Source of the DNA: Vitrella brassicaformis CCMP3155
Taxonomy: Eukaryota > Protista > Chromerida
Reading direction: 5' to 3'
Assembly: GCA_001179505.1 (NCBI GenBank)
Contig: CDMY01000717.1
Location: 1-27,797 of the forward strand
DNA: 27,797 bases
The notes beneath the pieces were generated by a model, which saw nothing but the letters and a program-made list of their open reading frames with translations, searched no databases and had not been told where the DNA came from. Shown piece after piece: positions 1 to 9,589 of this stretch. Each line of letters opens with the position of its first letter. The first letter of the stretch is position 1. The translations under genes were made by a program, and so were the position numbers.

Positions 1-632
1 CCCGCCGCCGTCTCGCGGGATGAGGGTAGGTGGAGGGGGTTGGGTGTAGTCCGATACACGCTCGCTCATCCGAAAAGGAGGAGAAACAGCCGAGAAATCA
101 CCAACTCAATCATGGGGGGTAAGATTGTCTGCCTGCATTGATTACTGCGATCAATTAATGCGTAGGTCCGAAAGGACACATCCATCCGTCCATCCGTCGC
201 TAAGTGCTAAGCGCTTCTCTACGTCTGTGCCCGACGCTCGCTCGCTGCCCCGCCCCCGTATGCACATACGCATGGCCGCCGCACCCGCACCCGCAGCGAA
301 ACAAGCGAGTCCGCACCATCCCGCTAATCCTGCCAGACAGCCTGTCTGTCTGTCTGTCTGTCTGCATCCATAGATTAACTCTATCCCGCCGGCCACCCAT
401 ACCACCAGACCCCTCCCTCCCTCACTCTACGCCTGCCTGCCTCCTATACATGCTTCGGCCGACCACCATACCTCTGCGGCGTCACACGGGCTCTCACCTC
501 GCCGTCAAGTCAAGTTGTTAGATGCCTCTGCTAGCCCTGTTGCTGCCCTTGGGGTGGTGGCGATGGTGGCTCGGCCGGCGGGAGGGGGCGTGAGGATGGC
601 TGGGTGGGCGGGGGTGGGCTGACCACGATCGG

Positions 633-2056
633 CTAGGTGCCGGTTTGGGTGTGGGAAGGAGGGGCCTCTTCTGCAGCTGCTGGTGGCGCTGCTGCTGTTG
701 CTGTTGGTGGTGGCTGCTCGCCACCCTCGCTCTCAACGCTGACGGCTGACCACACAAACACACACACACACACACGAATGTGTTTTGGATGCACACGTAC
801 AGACGTGTATGCGCACCTGCCACCTCTTCGCCGAACCATGGGTGCCCCAGCGCAGCCTCAGCTGCATGGAAACAAACAGACAGACACACACAGAAGATGA
901 GTGGGCATCCGTCAGTCAAACACACATACACATACACATACACATACACATAAAACACGGAGCTGACCCGACGACAGCCTCTCAGACGGCTCCAACTTGA
1001 GCAGCTGCTTGGCCAGGTCGATGGCGGCAGGGCTGACGTCACGCGGTGTGGTATAGGTGAACATTTTGGGCGCCGCCTATGGATTGGCAGCACACACAGC
1101 GATGCCTTAGTCTAAGTAGCACTCACGTCAGAGGAATGCACCTCCGTCTATCCGTCCGCAGCGTACCTCCTGAATTATGTCGTAGGCCTCGTCGTTCTCA
1201 GCGTCGTCGGGGACGTCGTGCGGCCAGCCGTCGTACAGCATGGCATAGCTGATGCACACATAGAAAGAAAAAGGCCAAGAGAGATCCATGTGTGTTCCGC
1301 CCCGCTTACAGGATGACCCCAGCCGCCCACAGATCGCTCTTTGTGCTGTAGAGGCCATCCTTGAAGCACTCCGGCGCTTGTGGAAGGAAGCACAACACAA
1401 CCATGAGGGGAATCAATAGGAGAGTGCACTCACTGTTCCACCCACCCACCCACCCACCGACCCACCGACCATGTAAGGCCGAGTGCCGACTCGCAGCTCC
1501 CCCTCCCCCAGGTCCACCGTCGGCCGCGTGCACAGGTCGAAGTCGAGCAGCTTCAGCTGCTGGTCCCTGGTGGCGAAGACGCAGTTGTCGGGCTGACAAC
1601 AGACAGAGACCACCACAAGAAAGGCAGACAAAAAGCCTGCCAATGTATGTCGACAGAAAGGAAACAACTGACCTACCTTGATGTCCCGGTGGATGATCTG
1701 CCAGTAGTAATGAGATTCAGACAAACAGACAAACAGGCGCCACAGTGTGGTGTGTATCTGTCTGTGTCGATTGCTACGTATCTGTGAATGCCTACGTACG
1801 TGGTGGGCGTGGAGGTGCTGGATGGCCATGAGGATCTCCCGCATCACCCTCTTGGCGTCGCCCTCCGGCACCCCGTGCTCGTCGTGCAGGTTGAGGAGGC
1901 ACTCGAGCGTCATGCCGTGAAGCCGCTCCATGGTCACGTTCAGCCACTCCCTGCCGTTGGTGGTGTCGATGCTGACGGCGTAGAGCTTGACGATGTGGGG
2001 GTGGCCGTGCTGCAGGAGGGTCGTGTAGGCGTGGTAGCGGTCCCCATCCTGCCTGC

Positions 2057-2092
<36 letters not shown>

Positions 2093-2366
2093 ACAACACA
2101 GAAAGGGATGCATACGCAGAGAGGCTGGCCATCTCTTTCTCGCTCACGGTCTGCCGCGCTGTCTCATCGACTTGAGGATGCACACCTCCCGGGTGTGGCG
2201 ATGGACCGCGGTGCAAACCTTACTCATCCTGTGGCATGAAACGAACCACACACATGCGTGCGTTGCGTCCACTTGATCATCTCTTTCCTCTCTCCGTCTG
2301 TTCTTTGCTGTCTTACGGCTTCTTGGAGAACAGCCTGTCGCGGAGGTACATGTCCTCCATGCTCAT
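633..2366 (-). CDS. Atypical CAMK-like Ser/Thr protein kinase, 10 exons
   Basis: Exons (minus): 2366-2317, 2228-2148, 2052-1800, 1697-1677, 1592-1466, 1376-1310, 1248-1168, 1076-968, 861-817, 745-633. The spliced protein shows CILK (VAIK Lys), HPHIVKLY, IIHRDIKPDN, KLLDFDLC, GTRPYM(V)APE, SDLWAAGVILY and LLKLEPSERL..ALGHPWF. The start MSMEDMY is inferred from kinase-domain register. Confidence 0.88.
921..952 (+). repeat. Intronic hexanucleotide microsatellite (CACATA)n; one example of the pervasive intronic simple repeats
   Basis: cacacatacacatacacatacacatacacata lies inside the kinase intron 967-862. Similar (CA)/(TG), (GA), (GGAT), (GACA) and (GGCA) tracts occur in most introns of the window. 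Confidence 0.9.
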
Positions 2367-2583
2367 GGCTGGGGCTGGGCAGGCCGGCTCACGCAATCCA
2401 ATAACACACGCCACACACGAACGCAAGATGCTGCTGCAGAGCGCAGGGCTGCCCTTGCGCCGTGGATCTGATGAATCTCCGCCAGAAGGACTGCGAGCTA
2501 CAAGAAGGAGCTCGCAGGAAGGAATCGGGAAAAGGAAAGAGAGGACGCTGAGGACGCGCAGGTTCACCAACCGACTCATCATC
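2367..2583. promoter_or_regulatory. Probable bidirectional promoter between the kinase (-) and FATP (+)
   Basis: Only 217 bp separate the two inferred start codons of divergently oriented genes. Positional inference only. Confidence 0.5.
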
Positions 2584-5001
2584 ATGGCCGGATCTCGCAG
2601 GATCTCTTCCGTGCTGGTCCTTTCGCTGCTGCTCTTCAACCCTGCTGTGTTCATTCATGGCGACCGGCCCAAGGCCGCATCGTCCTTCCTGCACAGACGC
2701 GGCAACGCACAGCAGCGCGACAGCACCACCAATGGGGAGAGGGACAAGGAGGTCACCGAATGAAATTCAATCAATGCATTCATCTCATATGCTGTGGCTT
2801 GTGTGTCTGTGTGTTAGGGCGCTGCTGCCGACGAGGGTACAGTGGACGATGTGGCGGCTGAGTGCGGCATGTCGCTGGAAGAGATTGAGGCGTCTTACTG
2901 GCATGGCTATCACTACGACAGACAGGTGAGCACACACACTCATGGCAACACACCTGCAATGTGCCTGTCTGTGCTGCCTGTGTGTGTGCAGGTGATGTCG
3001 GCTTTCGAGGGCGCCGGTCTGACGAATGTGGCTGACTACTTTGAGGCCGCGGCAGATGAGGTGCCAGACAGCCTCTGCATCGAGTCGGTCGAGACGGGCG
3101 AGAAGCTGACCTATCGGCAAGTGGACGAGAGAGCCAACAAAGTGGCACACTGGGCCATCAAGGTACTCTAGACATGCACATGGGCAGGCACCCTGTTGGC
3201 ATGTCCGTGTCTGTGTATGTGATGTGTGATGTGTGTGTAGGCAGGTGTCAAGAAGGGTGAGGTCGTCGCGCTCTTCATGGAGAACAGGCCCGAGTTCATC
3301 TGGATATGGCTGGGATTCGCAAAGGTGCACAGGCCACAGATGTGTGATGTGTATGTATCCATCTGCAGTTGTGGTGTGGTGTGCGTGTTCAGGCTGGCGC
3401 AACGATAGCGCTGATCAACACCAATCTCGAGGGCGACCTGCTGCAACACGCCATACAAGTCTCAAAGGTGAGGCACGACGCACAGACACACAGACGTAGC
3501 AGCCTTCATGCCATATGTGTGCATCGATCAGGCCACGATTGTGGTGACATCTGACACCCTCCTGCCTGCGTGGCGGGGCATGGTGGCCTCACACCCTCCC
3601 GAACAGTCCTGCAAGCTCTTCATATACGGCAAAACCAAGCCACACAACGTCCGCAAACACCCATTCTAGCACAGACATCCACTCATCCTTCTCTGTGTGC
3701 AGGTGCCGTCTTCCCGTTTCTCTGAGCGGTCGCTGCCCCCCTTATTGCGAAGGATGAAGAAGGACAGGCCCGACAAGAAGTGTCGGGCGGGGTTCGGGCA
3801 GTATGACCCGCACTTCTACATCTACACCAGCGGCACCACGGGCAAGTCCAAGGCGGCCAAATTCAACCACAAACGGTGAGCACGCAGACACACAGGCAGG
3901 CAGACCGGCAGGCAGGCAGGCGGACGCCTTAATGTGAGTGCGTGCAGGGTGATTGGTGCGGGCGTCACGTGGGCAAGACACATGCAGCTGAAAAGGTCCG
4001 TCTGTGTCCGTTTGGGAACATTCGACTCATGGATCCTTCTCCATCTCTTTTGTGTGTGTTGATACCATGTTAGTTCGGACAAGTTTTACATTCCCCTACC
4101 TCTTTATCACGGCAATGGCGGCGTGGTGGCGGTGAGCGCCTGCTGGCGGGCCAGGTGCGCCATGGTCCTCAGAAGGAAACTCTCCGCCTCAAGATTCCTC
4201 GACGGTATGCACACGTGTGCAAATGTGATCAGCGCAGACACCCCCCTCCCTCTAACTCCCTCTCTGTGTGTGAGCAGACATCCGTCGGTTCGGCTGCACG
4301 GCAACCATCTATGTGGGGGAGGTCTGGAGATATATCTGTGTGCAGGTAGCGCACGCAACACACACTCATCCTCGTATGGCATCCACTCATCTGTGGTGTG
4401 TGTGTGTGTCTGTCAGCCGCCCAAGAGCAGCGACCGGTCTCACCCACTGCGCGTGGCAGCTGGCAACGGGCTCAGATATGAGACGTGGAAAGAGGTACGT
4501 CCGTGGACGTGTGTGTGTGTGTGTGTGTGATATGTGGCATGACTGGATGGGCAGGTGGTAGATCGATTCGGTGTGGAGCGTCTGGTGGAGCACTACGGCC
4601 AGACAGAAATGCCAGCCGCACACCCAATGTATGTGACCGCCACGCATTCACACACTCGGCCACTGACACACGCATGACGTGTGTGTGCGCAGGATCAACA
4701 GCTACGGCAAGGTGGCGTCATGTGGGTTCATCCCCCTCAGTGTGCGGGGCAGCCTCGGCACCGAGAAACTCATCCAATACGACGTCGAGAACGACTGCGC
4801 CGTCCGAGGAACAGACGGCTTCTGCCGGTACGTCCGTGTGCTGCGCGTGTTGTCTTTCCACCCATCTCTCTTCTTCTCCGTGTGTGTGTTGTGTCAGGGA
4901 GGCTGATCTAGCGCCCGACGGCTCGCGAACGGGGGAGGCGATCGTCAAGCTGGAGGAACCGTACAGCGGTTACACAAGCGATGAGGCCACTGACAAGGCA
5001 T

Positions 5002-5033
<32 letters not shown>

Positions 5034-6029
5034 CAGGGAGACAGAGATATGGACACCTGATGGTGTGGTGTGATGGCAATGCAGGTGTTGTATCGGGATG
5101 TGTTTGAGAAGGGCGACACTTGGTACCACAGCGGCGACCTGCTGCGAGTCGACCGACACGGCTTTTTCTACTTCGTCGACCGGGCCGGCGACTCTTACAG
5201 ATGGAAGGGAGAAAACGTCTCCACAAACGAGGTGGGTGGGCACGTCTGTGTCTGTGTCTGTGACTGTGTATCTTTGTGTCTGTCCATTTCTGTGTCTGTA
5301 TGCCTGTCATGTGTGTGCAGGTGTGTGAGGTGATATCTCAGTGTCCCGTGGTCAAGGAGGCCAACGTGTATGGCGTCACCGTCCCATCTGTCAACACACA
5401 AGACGGATCGACCAACGTACGAACGCACTCATGACTTGACCTCCTTCCGAAGACCCCACCCATAGAAGATGGGTGTGGTGTGCCCATGTGGCCACATGTG
5501 TGCGTGCGTGCAGCACGACACCTTTGGCAAGGTGGGGATGGTGTCGGTGTTGCCTCGCGAGGGGGTCGAGACGGAGGCCTTCCTCTCACAGCTCAGGGAG
5601 CACGTCCACGCAAACCTGCCGTCCTACGCGCGGCCGGCGTTCGTCCGCATCAGGCGGACCGAAAACGAAAAGACAGGTACCCGTGAGTGAGAAGGAAGAG
5701 GCGACCTCTGTCTGTGTGGAGTGTGTTTGTGTGTGTGATCGAGTGCGTGTTGCGCAGGCACATACAAGTTCAAGAAGTACGATTTCGTGCAGGACGGCTT
5801 CGACCCCAAAAAGGTCACCAAGACCTCACCCTCGCACCACCAGGTGCTGCACATGATGTAGACATGAGGTGTGCACCATCCGCTTATTGAGTGCCCCTCT
5901 CTGTGTTGTTCGCGCGCGTACCGTAATCAGGCTGATCTGTTGTATTTCGATCACCCAGAGGAGGGCCGCTATGTGGAGCTTACGGCCGACGTCTACACGG
6001 CCATCACAACGGGGGCCATCCGGCTCTGA
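2584..6029 (+). CDS. FATP/SLC27-family very-long-chain acyl-CoA synthetase (fatty acid transport protein), 19 exons
   Basis: Exons: 2584-2751, 2818-2925, 2992-3162, 3241-3324, 3393-3467, 3532-3648, 3703-3875, 3948-3995, 4074-4204, 4278-4345, 4417-4494, 4555-4628, 4693-4827, 4898-4997, 5085-5231, 5321-5389, 5514-5676, 5758-5813 (or -5843), 5931-6029. Motifs: [14 protein letters not shown] (AMP-binding), [57 protein letters not shown] (FATP signature), C-terminal GAIRL. Exon 1 is less certain. Confidence 0.93.
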
Positions 6030-6795
6030 TCGACCTGATTGATGAAGCGCCGTTTCTCTGTGTGTATGGCGCAATGTATTTGTCGGCTGGCTGCAGTGAG
6101 TGCATTTGTCGGTCGGTGCTGTTGGTGTGGTGTAGTGGTTTCAAACAGCCAGTGTGTGCATAGTTTGTCGACGTACTCCTGTGTATGTGTGTGTGTTTCT
6201 GTGTGGTCTGGAGAACGAAGCGAGTGCGGTGCGAGCAACGGACAGCAGACAGCCGACAACAGGCAGCTCTCACTTACATAACGATATATGGACGCGACAT
6301 CCACCACACACACGCGCCACACACACGCACTCACGCACTCACACACGTACAGTCACACAGGCACGAACACATCGACGAACGCATCACCAAAATTATGCGA
6401 TCGAGCGAGTTAGTCCACACACACACACAGGCAGGCAGGCATCTACGAAATGGCAGAGCACAGGTGCAGTGCAAGTAGGGAGAAATAGATAAAGGCGACG
6501 CTGCTGCGAAATCGCCGTAGTACACACAGGGGATGCTATCATACAAATGTTGGCTAGAGTGAGGGAGCAACCCGCCTTCACCAAACAGCCCTGATTATCA
6601 CTCACACCCACACGCCACGCCACCCACGCACACCACACGATGCACTACGCCACCCCACAATGCTCATGTGAGACGGCCCAAAATTCCCACAAACACGAAG
6701 AGCGATCCATCCGTCGGTCCATCCATCCATCCATCAGTATGTGCAGTCACTCAAGAGTCAGAGTCAGAAACACGTCACTCACATTACGTGCGTGT

Positions 6796-6820
6796 GGCAG
6801 GCAGGCAGGCAGGCAGGCAG
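6796..6820 (+). repeat. (GGCA)n microsatellite in the intergenic/3'-UTR region
   Basis: ggcaggcaggcaggcaggcaggcag read directly from the sequence. Confidence 0.9.
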
Positions 6821-6905
6821 GTAGGCAGACAGCTATCGACAGGCACACGACACGTGGCAAACAACCATGTCCCCCTCCCCGTGATGTGCCAGGGCACTCA
6901 CTCAG

Positions 6906-7629
6906 TCAAGGCCGGGCATCCACCAAACTAGAGGGCAGGCAGGCAGGCAGAGCAGCCAGCAAAAGAGAGGCAAACAGGTCCGTCTGTCCGGCTACTCACT
7001 CTACACCGTCCATGTCGACCTCGTCCGTCTCAGCGTCCGCACCTTCCTGCAGCTCACCTTCAGCATCAGCCAGCTGCTCGGCATTACTCTCGGCATCATC
7101 ATCGTCCTGCTCTTGCTCCATACCGCCTTCATCGTCGTCATCACCGATCTCCTGGCCCTCGGCGTCCTCACCAACCTCCTCCTCGTCTAGACGCGCACAA
7201 AGAGGCGGGCCACATGTGCCTCTCTGTCTGTCTGTCTGTGAGCCCTCCCCTCCCCTCCCTCCGACCTTGGTCGTCAGCTTCGCTGAGGTCCTTCTCGTCG
7301 CCCATATCTTCCGGTATGTCATATCTGTTGATGGGCGTCCCCACAGCGGGCGGCACGGGCACCGCCCGGTCGATGTCACGGTCAGACGTGGAGAACGGAT
7401 GCTGCTGCTGCTGCTGCAGGGTCGTCATCCCCACACCGCCGCCCATCACACCCCTGTTCATCATGGCTCCTTGGTCGAAGGTGCGGTCGGACGCCGACAT
7501 GGCCCTCAGCCTGCCGCTGTGCGGGAACGGGACGTATCTCACCGGGTTCGGATTTGGCCGGGCCGACGCTGGGGAGTGGGTGGCGACAGCCAGGCAGCAG
7601 AAGAACAACGCAACGGAAAAGAAGCGCAT
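6906..7629 (-). CDS. Hypothetical secreted protein with Asp/Glu-rich C-terminal half
   Basis: Exon 7629-7266 begins with the signal-like peptide MRFFSVALFFCCLAVATHSPASA. A phase-matched intron (7265-7187) joins it to the acidic exon 7186-7000 (EEEVGEDAEGQEIGDDDDEGG...). A probable last exon 6927-6906 gives DLVDARP*; alternatively the CDS stops unspliced at 6996. No recognisable domain. Confidence 0.7.
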
Positions 7630-8048
7630 CGTCGCTTGGAGATTCGTGAAGGGGGAAGGAGAGAGCCGCTTTTTCCCCGGACCGTTCCGGGCGCCGGGCC
7701 ACAGTCTAACGGCTCAGTGGACCTGGCCGGCAGTCAGTTGCAGCCGTGACTGGCGCAAAGTGGGCCTCGCTGGCGAGTGGGGGGGCCAAAAAGCGTGTGG
7801 GCGTCCGAGTTCCCCGTCTCATTTTGGCCGCCCCCACGCTGCATGCATGCAATCTGTCTCGCGACATGCGCATGGAGTGGCTCCTTGCATGTGGCCGGCG
7901 TGATGTGGAAGCGGGACACGGTGCCGACTCCCAGGCGACGAACGAACTCCGAAAAGGCCAACAGCTGTAGATCTGCGAGCTTTATTCTGCGAGCTTTGCA
8001 GACTTCTCCTCGTTTTCTCTCTGTAGCTGCCGATCTGCATAAGCAACA
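7630..8048. promoter_or_regulatory. Probable bidirectional promoter between the acidic secreted protein (-) and BET3 (+), containing palindromic TGCATGCATGCA (7840-7851)
   Basis: 419 bp between divergent ATGs. TGCATGCA is an established ApiAP2-type motif in apicomplexans; function here is inferred. Confidence 0.45.
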
Positions 8049-9215
8049 ATGTCGCGTCAGCACTATCTCAAGGCCGGCGAGGTGAGGCCAGATCACACGA
8101 CAGACAATGAGGCAAGCACACACACACAGGGCTCCTGCTGCTTCCTTTGTGTTGTGTGTGTCATTCATAAGGTGGCCTTCAGCAAGATGGACAAAGTGGT
8201 GAGCGAGACGGACGAGGGATGGGCCGATGAAATGAATGATGGCGATGGATGAGCTGAGCTGATCTCTCTCTGTGTGTGGCAGAGCGCGGAGCTGCTTGCC
8301 TTGACGTACGGCTCGCTCGTCACACAGCTGCTCAAAGACAAAGAAGAAATCGGTGGGTTGACCACATCCACGCGTCTGTCTGCTCTGCCTGTGCAAGGTG
8401 TGCCTGCCTGCCTGGTATGTTTGGTGTGGTGTGTGTCGTGTACCATCAGAGTCGGTGAACGTTCAGCTGGAGAAGATGGGTTACAACATCGGCATTCGGC
8501 TGGTGGACGAGTTCCTCGCCAAGAGCGGCATCGGACCGTGCCAGGACTTCAGAGATACCGCAGAAGTCATCGCCAAGGCAACCACACACGCGCGCGCACA
8601 CACACAAAAACACACGCACCACAGCGAGTGACCGATGCACACGAATGAGTGTTTGTCTGGTGCGTGCATCGATCAGGTGGCTTTGAAGATGTTTCTGAAC
8701 GTCACAGCTGACGTGACGGGATGGAACAGCGACCTGACGGCGTGCACACTCGTCCTGCACGACAACCCACTGTGAGCATCCACCCTGCCGACACGCATCC
8801 ATGCAGCTGCCATGTGTGTACCTGCCTGCCTGGTTGCCTGTGTGTGTTGGCCTAACTCAGCAATGAGTTTGTGGAGCTGCCGGCCAGCATGGCGGGCCTC
8901 AAGTACGGCGAACTCATCTGCGGCGTCATACGAGGCGGCCTCGAGCAGGCAAGCCTGTCTGTCTGTCTGTCTGAATGAATGAATGAAAGACACACACGTA
9001 CCAGAGCAACCAACGTCCAGCACATGAGTGTGCCCCTTCATGTGCTGTCTGTCTGTGTGGTCTGTGTGGGCTTTGTGTGTGTGTCAACTGATCAGGTGCA
9101 CATGCGTGTGTCGTGCACGTTTGTCAAGGACGTGTTGAAGGGCGACGACACGAGCGAGATAGCCCTCGAGTTCAAGGAGATACTCAAGGAGGAATTCGTG
9201 GACGAAGACGAGTGA
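8049..9215 (+). CDS. TRAPPC3: Trafficking protein particle complex subunit 3 (BET3/TRAPPC3), 7 exons
   Basis: Exons: 8049-8081, 8172-8198, 8283-8352, 8450-8577, 8677-8771, 8861-8948, 9096-9215. Hallmarks: ELLALTYGSLVTQLLKD, VNVQLEKMGYNIGIRLVDEFLAKS, C..FRDTAEVIAKVALKMFL, DNPLNEFVELP, LICGVIRGGLEQV. Two introns need GC donors (8578, 8949). Confidence 0.96.
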
Positions 9216-9589
9216 AGCGAAGCGATTAATTGAGCCGGATGAATGCGAACACTTGTCAGTCAGTGACCGGCCTGCTGTTTGCTGTTTATCGGCGTCTCAT
9301 GTCCGCAATCACCAGACTGGCTACATGTGTGAATGTGTGTACCATATATATGAACGGCACTCTCTCCATTGCAAAACGAATGAGTCAACACACTCCATCA
9401 TCAGCAACACGGAAACCAGCGCTCATTCGAGAAGGTCAATGAGCTCATGAGTGCGAGATCAGATCAGCCGACCGATCGTTCCGCCGGGAATCGCCCCTGA
9501 TCTGAGGCCTTTTGGTGTTTTGCATCGCTGTAGCGGCGCGTTCTATGCAGTAGGTCCATCTTGATAGGTCATCTTTCATCTTTCGTTCA

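Noticed and set aside
1-372. Open frame 1-118 on + ending in a GTAAGA donor at 119, with a possible acceptor at 372
   Set aside because: It may be the 3' end of a gene outside the window, but there is no recognisable motif and splicing yields an immediate stop. Too little support to call a feature.
1148-1167. Apparent extra kinase microexon (TEVHSSD) after a 20-nt intron
   Set aside because: A 20-nt intron is far below the size range seen here, and the single intron 1167-1077 already gives a sensible kinase sequence.
2367-2654. In-frame upstream extension of the kinase ORF (MNTAG.../[27 protein letters not shown]), which looks like a signal peptide and would make a secreted kinase
   Set aside because: It would overlap the FATP start codon at 2584 head-to-head. 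MSMEDMY at 2366 sits exactly at the start of the kinase domain, so the extension is more simply read-through of a GC-rich promoter. Only 5' RACE could revive it.
6640-7903. Long plus-strand ORFs (369 aa and 229 aa)
   Set aside because: They are antisense shadows of the acidic secreted gene plus microsatellite translation (poly-Ser, GRQAGRQ). The minus strand has the signal peptide and phase-matched splice sites.
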